The notes: generated from the letters alone by a model not told the origin. A stretch of DNA of 64,000 nucleotides from Candidatus Latescibacterota bacterium (GCA_965223905.1 CBDCXV010000011.1:704001-768000); one strand, 5' to 3'. Positions 31,267 through 40,758 are shown, counted from the first letter of the stretch. Made by a program: numbers and translations.

Positions 31267-31797
31267 TTACGGCGAGCTTGCCCCTTCCTGGAACTTGACC
31301 CATTCCTCGGGAGACTTGCCGACGTTGGGCAACAGCCGCCGGGCGCTGGCGGCCAGTTCCGAATCGGGATAACGGTCGATCACCAAACGATAGGACTCAC
31401 GGGCGCGCGCGTATTCTTCGAGGTACTCCTCGGAGATGAACCCGATCATGAACTGGGCGTCGTCGGCGTACTCGCTGCTGGCGTACTCCTCGAGCAGCCG
31501 TTCGTAATGCCCGATCGCGCCTCGCATATCCCCCTCCTGCTGAGTGATCATTGCCAGCATTCGGAGTGCTTTCGGAGCGGACTCGTGCCGCGGATAGCGT
31601 TCGAGGAAATCGCCGAACCGTGCGACCGCCACGTCCAGCGAGGTGCTGTCGGTCCCAGCGGCCCGCGCCGCGGCTTCGGCGGCCGCCATCGCCTGTTCCG
31701 GGGTGTCCTGCGAACAGGCGGTCCAGATCAAACAGGTCGCGGCGGCAACCGCCATGGTCGCACGGCCGATCTGCCGGGATTCCCTGGGCGATCCCAT
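31267..31797 (-). CDS. TPR lipoprotein (BamD/YbgF-like)
   Basis: Lipobox WTAC; YP.S..A TPR motifs. Confidence 0.7.
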   Translation of the reverse strand: MGSPRESRQIGRATMAVAAATCLIWTACSQDTPEQAMAAAEAAARAAGTDSTSLDVAVARFGDFLERYPRHESAPKALRMLAMITQQEGDMRGAIGHYERLLEEYASSEYADDAQFMIGFISEEYLEEYARARESYRLVIDRYPDSELAASARRLLPNVGKSPEEWVKFQEGASSP

Positions 31798-31865
31798 ATT
31801 CGACCCACGGACCGACCTGCGGTTCCAGAACTGCGAGCTGCTGGCGTTGTTTTCGGCTGGGTTGT

Positions 31866-32192
31866 TCAATCTTCCCTGGAGGCCTTTTTTTTCCCGCCCC
31901 TGCTGTCGGCGTTTCCGGAACTGCTCGCCTTGCCGTCGGATTTGTCCGGCTTGTCCGAAGACGGACTCGACTCCTTCGCCGCTTTCTCCGCCTGCTTGTA
32001 CCCGTCGCTTCTGTAGTCGGTGATGTAGAACCCCGAACCCTTGAAAAGAAGTCCGCCCCCGCCCCCGATCAGGCGCTTGACCTTGCCCCGACAGCTCTTC
32101 TGTCGGCATTCGGTCAGAGGGTCGGCCGTGATGCTTTGAAACTCTTCAAAGGTCCTGCCGCATTTCTGACATTCGTACTCGTATGTCGGCAT
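31866..32192 (-). CDS. FmdB family zinc-ribbon protein
   Basis: MPTYEYEC..CG, FKGSGFYITDY. Confidence 0.9.
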   Translation of the reverse strand: MPTYEYECQKCGRTFEEFQSITADPLTECRQKSCRGKVKRLIGGGGGLLFKGSGFYITDYRSDGYKQAEKAAKESSPSSDKPDKSDGKASSSGNADSRGGKKKASRED

Positions 32193-32379
32193 GGCGTTTT
32201 GGCGGAGTAGGGCGGTCCGTAGGGCAATTCGGCCCGAGGCGGTTTTGGTGCGGGTGATTTTCTAAAAAGACTCAAATATAGCCTCACCCCGGAAGTGCGC
32301 AAGATCAGACTGGATAAGCCGTTAGGTGCCGGTGAGGAAAGCCGGCAGGCAGGTTAATCCGCTCTGCGGTGGGATGCTG

Positions 32380-34536
32380 TCAGGGAGCAAGCCCCGGAAG
32401 GTCGCCGTTGCTGAATGCCCTCACCCGCCCGCGGGAGTCGATCCTGAGCAGGGTCAGCTCCGTATTTGCTCGCCGGTCATCCGGGAAACTGACACGGCCA
32501 ACTGCCCCCTCGTACCCCCGCACTCGCGCCAACCATTCCCTCAGGGCCGCCCGCGTCTGGTGTCCTTCTTCCCATCCCTTGATCACCATTCCGGCGGCGT
32601 CGTACCCATAGGCCGCAAGCCCGGGATCGCGGCCGAAGCGGGTGCGGAATTCATCCGTAAACGCCCGGGACGAAGCGGCGCGGTATCGACCGGAAACAAG
32701 CACCCCCCCTTCGACGTACTTTTTTTCGATCCGGCTCATCTGACCGATCTCCTCCGGGCGATACCAGATATCGTTGCCCAACACCTTCCCCTCCAATCGA
32801 AAGAATCGCAACTGCGCAGCGATGGTGCGGGCGTCGTCAAAGCTCTCCACGACCACCGCGATGCCGTCGATCGTATCGATGAAGATCTCTGTCGAATCCG
32901 AAGGTTCCTCGGTCATTTCAAGGCCGGCCTCCAGGAGCTGGTAGAACGTCTCCTCCCCGGCTAGTGTCGTATCGAGAACGGCAAGGGACAGCGAGTCGAG
33001 CACGGCGAGGGAATCGACCGTGTCCGAGGACGGCATCTGGCGGAACCCAGCCTGCCTGAGGGCCTCGAACTGGTTCTTGAAATCGGTCGTCTCTTCCGGA
33101 ACGTACCAGTCGCTGTGTACGACCTCGCCGCCGTTGCTCTCGGCCAGTTCGACAAAGGCGCGGTGGAAATTCCACCCGTAGTCAGTCAGCGGGGCGAGAA
33201 CGGCGAGGGTACCGAGCCCGAGGACGAGGGTGGCGTACTCGGCCAGGGCGCGTCCCTGGATCTCCGGCACCACGTTCAGCTGAAAAATGTGCCCCCCGAG
33301 CGTGTCGAGACCGCTCTGCTGCGCCAGCGGCGCGATCAAGGGGATGCCTGCCGCTTCCGCCACTACGGAAGCCGCGACACATGCGGGACTGAACACCGGG
33401 CCGATTATGGCGACCACATCCTGGTCCCGGGCCAATGACTGCACGGCCGAAACCGTCCGCAGCAGGCTGCCGCCAGCCCCTTGCGAAATGGAAACCGAAG
33501 ACCCTTGCGCTCCCACGAGCCGGCGCTCCCCGGTGTCTACGACCTTGAGCTCGAAGGGCTTCCCCATCCGGTCGTTCGCCATGTGAATGCCAGCGAGGAG
33601 CTCTTCACCCACGTAGCTCCGGGACCCGCTCAAGGGCATCGGGATGCCGATCGCAGGCCTCCCATCCGGGTCCGCCGACTCCGACGCGGTGATCACCCCT
33701 GATTCGGCGGGCAGTCCGCCGGCCCTCCATTCTCCTTCCGCCGCGTTCCCCGGAGTGCCGCCGGAAAGCGTCCTGCGGGCGAGGGCGGCGAAAACACCGT
33801 TCTCCACGCTGTCGAGATAGGCGGTGAGGACGGCGCGGCTGCGGCCGTGCCACCCCAGGCGGGCATACCACCGGGCTTCGCCGAACAGCACGGCGTCCCG
33901 AAAACGCTCGGCGCCAACCAGCCGGCCGATTCGCTCCCGTTCCTCGGTAGTGATCACCCGATTTCTGACGATAGCCGCCAGCCTTTCGGCGGCGCTCGCC
34001 TGCAGCGACAACGGCCCCGGAGTCGCCAGCAGGCGGGCGTACTCGGCTGCTGCTTCGCGGTAACGTTTCAATTGGTACAAACAATCCCCGGCCACAAGGC
34101 GGGCATCCGCGGTGTAGCGACTACCCCGATAGTCGATTTCGATTCGGCGGGCCGCCTCCAGGGCTTCCCGGTACCGTTCCAGGCGCATCAGGGCTCTGCT
34201 CACCAGCAGCAGCGCCGCGGATGAGCGCTGATTCGAGTGCATGGCGCTGACTTCTTCAAGAGCGCTCAGCGCTTCTCCATAGTCCCCTTCGGCGTAGGCC
34301 GCCAAGCCGTTGGCGAACTTGCGCTCGGCCTCAGGGGAGTATGTCTGTCTCGGAAGCGGTTGTGCCGAGGTGGGGCTGGAAAGGGAAGCGACGGCCACGA
34401 GGCTGAACGAGAGAGCCGTCGCAAACAGGGCCTCGCCTGGAGTCGGCGCGCCCGGAAGGGGTCTGGTCCTGCTGAATAAGAAACGCCACATCTGTATGTG
34501 GGAGCGTAATTTATGCGCGAGCAAATCGACTGTCAA
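32380..34536 (-). CDS. TPR + periplasmic binding domain protein (LpoA/LppC-like)
   Basis: N-terminal TPRs; P.PLSG, IIGPV, AAYGYDA; start uncertain. Confidence 0.7.
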   Translation of the reverse strand: MTVDLLAHKLRSHIQMWRFLFSRTRPLPGAPTPGEALFATALSFSLVAVASLSSPTSAQPLPRQTYSPEAERKFANGLAAYAEGDYGEALSALEEVSAMHSNQRSSAALLLVSRALMRLERYREALEAARRIEIDYRGSRYTADARLVAGDCLYQLKRYREAAAEYARLLATPGPLSLQASAAERLAAIVRNRVITTEERERIGRLVGAERFRDAVLFGEARWYARLGWHGRSRAVLTAYLDSVENGVFAALARRTLSGGTPGNAAEGEWRAGGLPAESGVITASESADPDGRPAIGIPMPLSGSRSYVGEELLAGIHMANDRMGKPFELKVVDTGERRLVGAQGSSVSISQGAGGSLLRTVSAVQSLARDQDVVAIIGPVFSPACVAASVVAEAAGIPLIAPLAQQSGLDTLGGHIFQLNVVPEIQGRALAEYATLVLGLGTLAVLAPLTDYGWNFHRAFVELAESNGGEVVHSDWYVPEETTDFKNQFEALRQAGFRQMPSSDTVDSLAVLDSLSLAVLDTTLAGEETFYQLLEAGLEMTEEPSDSTEIFIDTIDGIAVVVESFDDARTIAAQLRFFRLEGKVLGNDIWYRPEEIGQMSRIEKKYVEGGVLVSGRYRAASSRAFTDEFRTRFGRDPGLAAYGYDAAGMVIKGWEEGHQTRAALREWLARVRGYEGAVGRVSFPDDRRANTELTLLRIDSRGRVRAFSNGDLPGLAP

Positions 34537-34605
34537 TCGTTGTCGCCCGCGGCGGGCTCCGGTATATTCGGTGCTCGCCGACCAGTCAATTGCGGGGGGT
34601 TTGTC

Positions 34606-36135
34606 ATGAATGTGCGAATGGAAAAGCCAGGGATGGACCCGGAAAAACTACGGGAGTTTCTGTCGCAGCAATACGAGAAAACAGCTGAGCCCTCTCCTCA
34701 TTCGGAACCCGCCGGCAGCGGGGATGGCGAACTGTCTTCTCCACCCGGCGAAAAACTGAACTTCAGCCTCAAGCCGGAGGAACTTATAGCCTATCTCGAT
34801 GAATACGTCGTCAGGCAGGAGAAAGCCAAGGCGATCCTCGCCACCAAGATCTGCACCCACTTCAACCGTCTCAATCTCCCGATCGATGACGAAGAGGTTC
34901 TCGTGGGATCGATAAAGAACAACGTGCTGATGATTGGCCCGACCGGTGTCGGCAAGACCTTCCTTGTCAAGCTGATCGCCCGCCGGCTGGGAGTACCGTT
35001 CGTAAAGGCGGATGCCACGAAGTTTTCCGAAACAGGGTACGTAGGAGGCGACGTCGAAGACCTGGTGCGAGAGCTGGTATCCGAAGCCGACGGCGACATC
35101 GAGCTCGCCGAGCACGGGATCATCTACATCGACGAAATCGACAAGATTGCCTCGACGAGAACGACGGCAGGCCCCGATGTCTCCGGCTCAGGGGTACAGC
35201 GCAACCTTCTGAAGCTGATGGAGGAAACAGAGGTCGATCTGAAAGCCCCGCACGACATCTCGTCGCAGATGGAATCGGTGATTCAGATCCAGAGAACCGG
35301 TAGGGCGGAGCGCAAGAAAATAAATACCCGGAACATCCTTTTCGTCGTCAGTGGGGCTTTCGGTGAACTCCAGGAGATCATCGCGCGACGCCTGAATCGC
35401 GGAGCCATGGGCTTTCGACTCCGTGACACGCGCGCCCCGGCGGAGGACGCCGTGGCCGACGGCGAACTGTTTAACGAGGTCCGGGCAGAAGACCTGATCG
35501 ATTTTGGATTCGAATCGGAGTTCATCGGACGCCTTCCCGTCGTTGCCGTGCTCCATAGCCTGGACTGCAATGACCTTCTCGAAATCCTCAGGGGGGAGAA
35601 CAGCAGCGTCATACTGTCGAAAAGGCGGGATTTCAAAGCCTACGGAATCGATCTCGATTTCACCGACGAGGCCTTTCAGAAACTGGCGGAAATGGCTTTC
35701 GAAGAGCAGATCGGGGCACGCGGGCTGGTCAGCGTGGTCGAGAAAGTCCTGCTTCGCTTCGAAACCCGGCTGCCTTCTACGGACCTCGAGTCATTCACCG
35801 TGACCGAACGCACCGTCTTCGATCCCGAGGGTGAATTGAAATCCATGCTTGTAGATACCAGCCTGCAAAGCTTTTCTGCGAAGTTCTCGTGCGACTACGG
35901 TATTCGCCTGAGTTTTTCCGGGGAGGCCGTCGAAGCGGTAAAGAAAATCGCCAGAGAACAGGGCCGGTTGCCTGGCGAGGTTTGCGCCGAGCTCCTTTCG
36001 GACTACGGCCACGGCCTGCAGCTGCTGGAATTGAAGCAATTCGAAATCACCCCGAAGGTGCTCTCCCGGCCGCAGGAGGTTCTGAACCAGCTTATCAAGG
36101 ACCTGTACAGTCCGGCTGCAACCGGGGATCCCTGA
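34606..36135 (+). CDS. ClpX-like AAA+ ATPase without the N-terminal Zn domain, with a C-terminal extension
   Basis: GPTGVGKT, DATKFSETGYVG.DVE, IDEIDK, GVQ..LLK, EFIGRLP. Confidence 0.85.
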   Translation: MNVRMEKPGMDPEKLREFLSQQYEKTAEPSPHSEPAGSGDGELSSPPGEKLNFSLKPEELIAYLDEYVVRQEKAKAILATKICTHFNRLNLPIDDEEVLVGSIKNNVLMIGPTGVGKTFLVKLIARRLGVPFVKADATKFSETGYVGGDVEDLVRELVSEADGDIELAEHGIIYIDEIDKIASTRTTAGPDVSGSGVQRNLLKLMEETEVDLKAPHDISSQMESVIQIQRTGRAERKKINTRNILFVVSGAFGELQEIIARRLNRGAMGFRLRDTRAPAEDAVADGELFNEVRAEDLIDFGFESEFIGRLPVVAVLHSLDCNDLLEILRGENSSVILSKRRDFKAYGIDLDFTDEAFQKLAEMAFEEQIGARGLVSVVEKVLLRFETRLPSTDLESFTVTERTVFDPEGELKSMLVDTSLQSFSAKFSCDYGIRLSFSGEAVEAVKKIAREQGRLPGEVCAELLSDYGHGLQLLELKQFEITPKVLSRPQEVLNQLIKDLYSPAATGDP

Positions 36136-36158
36136 AACGGAGATGGTCGGTCTTCCGG

Positions 36159-37646
36159 CTACGACCGCTTCCGGGTGAGAAGCCGGGCGGACTTGCCGGC
36201 AGGCGGCCCCGGGCCCTCGCTCCCGGTTCGGTGGCGTGATTTACCACGGCCCTTCAGTCCGTATTCTTTCTCTTTTCTGTACAGCGTGCTGAGGCCGATC
36301 CCGAGCACCGCGGCGGCTTGGCGCCGGTCGTAGCCGACTGCTTCCAGGGTGTCGGCAATCGCCTGCTTTTCGATCTCCTTCATCGTCATCCCGGCCTTTA
36401 CGAAAACAGCCGGCCTTCCCCCGGGGTTCCTTATGTGGTCGGGAACGTCCTCAATGTCGAGCCTGCGGTCGGAGGTTCGCATGACGAGCATCCCCTCTAT
36501 GCAGTTCTTCAGCTCCCTTACGTTGCCGGGCCAGTCGTATTGCCCCAGACAGTCGACTGCCGCCGGAGTCATGCCGACCGCCCTTTGCCGGTTCTCCTCG
36601 GCGAATTCGCGAATGAACTCGTCGATCAGGATGGGGATGTCCTCGCGGCTTTGCCGAATTGGCGGAACCTCGATGCTGATCACGTTCAGCCGGTAGAACA
36701 GATCTGCCCGATACTCCCCATCGGAGACCATCGTTTCCAGGTCGCGATTGGTGGCGGCCACCAGGCGGACATCGACTTTGCGCGTCTCCACGCCACCTAC
36801 CCGTTCGAATTCCGAATCCTGTACGACGCGGAGCAGCTTGACCTGCGTCGGCATCGTCAAGTCCCCGACTTCGTCGAGAAAGAGGGTGCCTCCGTCGGCA
36901 AGCTCGAAGCGACCCTTGCGGGAGGCCGAGGCGCCGGTGAACGCCCCCTTCTCGTGGCCGAACAACTCGCTCTCGACGATCGCTTCGGGAAGGGCGCCGC
37001 AATTGGTCTCGACGAAGGGGCGATCGCGGCGATTGCTGTGCTGGTGGATGGCTTTAGCCAGTTCGCCCTTGCCGGTTCCTGTTTCTCCCAGCAGAAGGAC
37101 CGTGGCTTTCGAGGGAGCGACCTGCTCGATCTGGCTGTATATCCGCTGCCACATAGAGGAGCGGCGCACCACCCCCCCGAAGCGGTAGCGCCTGTCGAGA
37201 CGGCGATGGAGATCGTAGACCTCGTCGACGAGGCGCTGGTGCGAGAGACCCCTTCTCAGGACGGCGTTGATCTTGGCGAGAATGAGCGGGCGGACCTGGA
37301 AATCGTACGCCCCTTGCCGCATCGCCTCGGTGCCGAGTTCGATCCCCTCGGGGGTCGTGTTGGCGACCGCTATCGAACAGATCTCGGCATTGCGCTGCAG
37401 GGAGAGTTGAACGAGCCGTAACCCATCTACCCGCTCGGCCTGGAGATCGCAGATCAGTCCATCGACGCCCTCCGTATCGAGGATGTCGTAAGCCGACTGA
37501 CTCTCGCGGGCCCACAGCACCTCGTACCCTTCCTCCTTCAGAAAGGCGACCAAGTGCCTGGTCTCGTCGGTTTCCCCCAGGACGACGAGGACGCGCGCCT
37601 GCACGGCAGAACCGAGCGCATGCGGAATGGTGTGATCTGTTGCCAT
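36159..37646 (-). CDS. Sigma54-dependent response regulator (NtrC family)
   Basis: Receiver domain, GETGTGK, GAFTGA, WPGNVREL, Fis-type HTH. Confidence 0.92.
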   Translation of the reverse strand: MATDHTIPHALGSAVQARVLVVLGETDETRHLVAFLKEEGYEVLWARESQSAYDILDTEGVDGLICDLQAERVDGLRLVQLSLQRNAEICSIAVANTTPEGIELGTEAMRQGAYDFQVRPLILAKINAVLRRGLSHQRLVDEVYDLHRRLDRRYRFGGVVRRSSMWQRIYSQIEQVAPSKATVLLLGETGTGKGELAKAIHQHSNRRDRPFVETNCGALPEAIVESELFGHEKGAFTGASASRKGRFELADGGTLFLDEVGDLTMPTQVKLLRVVQDSEFERVGGVETRKVDVRLVAATNRDLETMVSDGEYRADLFYRLNVISIEVPPIRQSREDIPILIDEFIREFAEENRQRAVGMTPAAVDCLGQYDWPGNVRELKNCIEGMLVMRTSDRRLDIEDVPDHIRNPGGRPAVFVKAGMTMKEIEKQAIADTLEAVGYDRRQAAAVLGIGLSTLYRKEKEYGLKGRGKSRHRTGSEGPGPPAGKSARLLTRKRS

Positions 37647-37762
37647 CTCAAGGGGACGAGGTATCGAAGTTTCCTCGCACCTTTCCGAATGTCTTATTCC
37701 GTCGCCTCGAACGCCATCACCTGTCAGCTGAGCAACGTCGTCTGGCAGCCCGGTTCCCGGGC

Positions 37763-38596
37763 TCATGCCGGCGTCAGGTGAGCGATCGTTTCGCAATGGG
37801 GTGTCTGGGGAAAGAGGTCGATCGGCTGAAGGGACGGTACTCGAAACCCGCCTTCGCAGAGAACCCTCGCGTCAGCGGCCAGGGACGTTGGGTTGCAGGA
37901 GACGTAACCGAGGGACGGGGGTCTCATTCCGATCAGGGCCCGCAGCACCGACTTGTAGATTCCCGCGCGTGGGGGGTCCGCGATCACGAGATCGAATCTC
38001 CTGTTTTCCGCCATCAGGACGGCGATCACCTTCTCAACACGGCCCGCCCTGAAGGTGCAGTTTCCCCCCGTTCCGTTCTTTTCGGCGTTTCTGCGGGCGT
38101 CGGCAACCGCCTCCTCGACCTGCTCGATTCAAATCACCCTGTCGGCCCGTTTTGCCAGGTGAAGGCTGATGCCTCCTGTCCCGCAGTAGAGGTCGAGGAC
38201 AGTGGCGCCGGTCAGATCACCCGCCAGCGCCAACGATCTGCTCGTACAGAACCGCTGCCTGACCGGTGTTGGTCTGGAAGAAGGCCGCTGAAATCTCGAA
38301 CCCGATCCCTCCGCAGACTTCCGAGATCCTGCCGCTTCCCTTGAGAACGAACTCCCGTTCTCCGATGGCGGCCTGGGCCTTTCCCCGGTGCAGGGTCACG
38401 ACAAAAGTCGTTATCTCCGGAACCCTTTCCAGGACACAGCGAACCAGGTCTCCGACTCCCTTGTCCGGGTACTCTGAGACAACCAGGTTCACCATCACCT
38501 CGCCGGGATTCCTGCCTTCCCGGACCACGCACGGTATCGAGAAGATCCGGTTCGACAGCTGCGACTGGAGACGGCAGTCGAGCACGTCGAAAATCC
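37763..38596 (-). pseudogene. rlmD: 3' part of 23S rRNA m5U methyltransferase (RlmD/RumA family), frameshifted with an in-frame stop
   Basis: FFQTN, DLYCGTG, DPPRAG, YVSCNP and FPQTPH motifs across a frameshift; TGA after RVI. Confidence 0.88.
38589..38596. repeat. Left 8-bp target site duplication GAAAATCC
   Basis: Identical to 46545-46552; each copy abuts a TIR. Confidence 0.92.
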
Positions 38597-38630
38597 GGTA
38601 GTACGTCAGTTTGAAATCGAGTTATCCACA
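38597..38630 (+). repeat. Left TIR GGTAGTACGTCAGTTTGAAATCGAGTTATCCACA, ending in a DnaA box
   Basis: 29/34 identical to the reverse complement of 46511-46544. Confidence 0.92.
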
Positions 38631-38671
38631 CCCCAGGAAGTGTAGTATTTACAGTAACATACCTTCCTTAA

Positions 38672-38754
38672 GGGGGCGCGGAGTCCTTGGGAGGATGGAT
38701 TGGTCTTGACTCCGTCCATCCTGTGTGCCAAGGGTCAAGATACTCCGCGCCCCC
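38672..38754 (+). ncRNA. Putative structured RNA motif, copy 1
   Basis: Perfect 13-, 6- and 8-bp nested stems plus 7-nt loop/junction complementarity. Confidence 0.5.
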
Positions 38755-38775
38755 AGCATTTCGGGGGACAAGGGA

Positions 38776-38845
38776 GCAGGGCCGGTTGTGTGGGAGCGAG
38801 CAGTCCGATGCAGCTCGCTCCGATAAACCATCGGATTGGCCCTGC
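38776..38845 (+). ncRNA. Putative structured RNA motif, copy 2 (same topology)
   Basis: 8-, 4- and 9-bp nested stems plus TCCGATG/CATCGGA pairing. Confidence 0.5.
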
Positions 38846-38893
38846 CCCCCACTTGACATTGCCAGCTTGCGCCTCCAACCACAGGAGGCAGAT

Positions 38894-39160
38894 ATGGAAA
38901 GCGGAAAGCTCAAACCAGGATGGCAGGAGGGCATCAAGAAGCTGATCGCAGAAGCAGACCGGCAGGAGGAACTAACTCCGGGTGACGGGGAGGATTTGAG
39001 AGGTGCCCCCCCCGCCTCCACGGGATTCGAGAGCGGCGATCCGGGAAACAGCGGATTCAAGGTCATTTCGGAGAGAACGGAGCGTCTTTTCAAACAACTG
39101 GAGCTGGGCTTCGAGCGCATCAATGCTCTCCGCAAGGCCAGGGGGCTCCCACCCGTCTAA
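38894..39160 (+). CDS. Hypothetical 88-aa protein
   Basis: AGGAGG RBS and upstream TTGACA (38853); overlaps an antisense ORF. Confidence 0.5.
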   Translation: MESGKLKPGWQEGIKKLIAEADRQEELTPGDGEDLRGAPPASTGFESGDPGNSGFKVISERTERLFKQLELGFERINALRKARGLPPV

Positions 39161-39286
39161 GCGCATCAGTTTCTCCAGCTTTTGGGTTGCCTCTTCCACC
39201 TTAAGTGAGTTAGTGACAGGGGTGTTCAGATACTTTTGAAGCCTCTGTATTTCCTTGTCGAACTGCGCCATCGTGATTTTCTCCAA
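38972..39286 (-). CDS. Hypothetical coiled-coil protein
   Basis: Heptad pattern LAESIDALEAQLQLFEKTLRSLRNDLESAVSRIAALE; directly follows the upstream ORF. Confidence 0.5.
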   Translation of the reverse strand: MEKITMAQFDKEIQRLQKYLNTPVTNSLKVEEATQKLEKLMRLDGWEPPGLAESIDALEAQLQLFEKTLRSLRNDLESAVSRIAALESRGGGGGTSQILPVTRS

Positions 39287-39290
39287 AGGG

Positions 39291-39587
39291 TTAGGCGGTG
39301 GCGATTTGCGGCCCCTGGCTGTTACGAGCAGCCGGGGCCGTGTCTATGTTCAGCATTTTTTTCAATTTCATATCTGTCTGTTTGTAATCTTGCACGGCAG
39401 ATCCATCTGCAATTGAGCCCGGCAGAGCTATTGGTATAGGGCTCCACTTGCCGCCACTGGTCCGATAGTCCCACATGGTTCCATCATCGCAAATCACGAT
39501 GTAGGAGCCATCAAAATGTCCACGCACCATTGCTACAGGCTTTCTGGGTTCCGGAACTGGGACTTCTTGTTGACTATCGTCACACAC
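39291..39587 (-). CDS. Hypothetical protein, translationally coupled to the transposase
   Basis: Overlaps the transposase stop; ICDDGTMW...W.P.P motif. Confidence 0.55.
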   Translation of the reverse strand: MCDDSQQEVPVPEPRKPVAMVRGHFDGSYIVICDDGTMWDYRTSGGKWSPIPIALPGSIADGSAVQDYKQTDMKLKKMLNIDTAPAARNSQGPQIATA

Positions 39588-40470
39588 TTTCCTTCTCCAT
39601 TTTCCGGTAGGTTTTGGGACGATCTGGCTTGGGAGCCCTGTAGTCGATCAGGTCCAAGATCCAGCCTATGTCGTAGGGCCATTCGAAGATACCGGCTTTC
39701 ATGGCCGGGGTTTTTCCGTCCAAGCTCATGTGAGGGCGGATGAAGTTGTAGTACAGGAAGTAGAGGCTGCACATGTGAACGTGGTTCTGGAACTTCTTGC
39801 TGAATCCGTTGGTGCTTCGAGTGAACCGCCTCATTCCCATTCGCATGGTGAGGTTCTGACGTTCGACATGTGAGGTAGTGATGTGCTTGGGATCAGGATC
39901 ACCCTTTATCACCGATTTTTCGCTAGTGACTTCGATGGGGAGGGTAAATTTCCCATCTGGAGTATTCGTCGGATACTTGAAAGATTTCACAAGCTGGCTG
40001 TAGTCTACGAAGTTGCCGAAAGCCTTATCTACGGACTCTTGATAGGACCCCAAACCGTCAGTGGTCAGTTGCACTCGATAGGCAAGTCGACTCTGGAGGT
40101 CCTTCATGAACTTCTCGCCGGTTTCAATGGTGCGATCCCCGATCTGGTAAGAGACGATCAACTTACTTTTGGGATCTATGGCAGTCCAGGTCCAGATGTC
40201 CCCGGCAAAGGGAGGGGGATTCTTGGCCGTTTCGACGTTCTTCTTCTTGGCGTAGCAGAAAGCCCATATCTCATCGCACTGAATGCGCTTCGCCCTGACC
40301 ATGCGGACATTCCGGTCATGGAACTCGGCAGCGGCTTCTCCAGCGTCAACGAGCAGCTTCTTGACGGTGTTGAAGGAGCATCGGACAAGGCGGGCAGTGG
40401 CCTGCATCGAGTTGCCTTCTACTAGAAGATTCAGGACTTGCTCACGGTCTGACCTTGGGAGGGTTTTCAT
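39580..40470 (-). CDS. IS1-family DDE transposase (single ORF, HTH + DDE)
   Basis: LLVEGNSM.ATARL HTH; QCDEIW, TTDG and VERQN triad; RRFTR.TNGFSKK; YNF.RPH; TPAM.AG. Confidence 0.92.
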   Translation of the reverse strand: MKTLPRSDREQVLNLLVEGNSMQATARLVRCSFNTVKKLLVDAGEAAAEFHDRNVRMVRAKRIQCDEIWAFCYAKKKNVETAKNPPPFAGDIWTWTAIDPKSKLIVSYQIGDRTIETGEKFMKDLQSRLAYRVQLTTDGLGSYQESVDKAFGNFVDYSQLVKSFKYPTNTPDGKFTLPIEVTSEKSVIKGDPDPKHITTSHVERQNLTMRMGMRRFTRSTNGFSKKFQNHVHMCSLYFLYYNFIRPHMSLDGKTPAMKAGIFEWPYDIGWILDLIDYRAPKPDRPKTYRKMEKESV

Positions 40471-40510
40471 GCTTGCACAGTTCCTTCTTTGGGAGGGATT
40501 TCATACAAAT

Positions 40511-40539
40511 ATAGTACGAAAAAAACCGTGCAAAATCAA
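40511..40539 (-). promoter_or_regulatory. Putative sigma70 promoter of the transposase
   Basis: TTGATT-17 bp-TACTAT. Confidence 0.55.
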
Positions 40540-40569
40540 CGTAATCCAGTTAAAAAACAACTATTTATG

Positions 40570-40605
40570 GCTTCAATGAGGCCGGGGTCCGAAGACCCCG
40601 GAAAG
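40570..40605 (-). CRISPR. Solo 36-bp CRISPR-like repeat resembling type I-G (I-U): CTTTCCGGGGTCTTCGGACCCCGGCCTCATTGAAGC
   Basis: 8-bp hairpin and 3' GGCCTCATTGAAGC end; no second copy and no cas genes seen; TATAAT at 40630-40625. Confidence 0.7.
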
Positions 40606-40758
40606 GCAATGGCAAGGAAAGGATATTATATACAATCTTACCCACGGAGACTGGTAAAGCCTACCGCTTCCGTCCTGATTCCTCCAGGTAGCATGTCATC
40701 TCCCTTCGCGAGCCCGATCCCTCACTCGCCTTCATCTAGGATCAGACCAAGCATTTGT

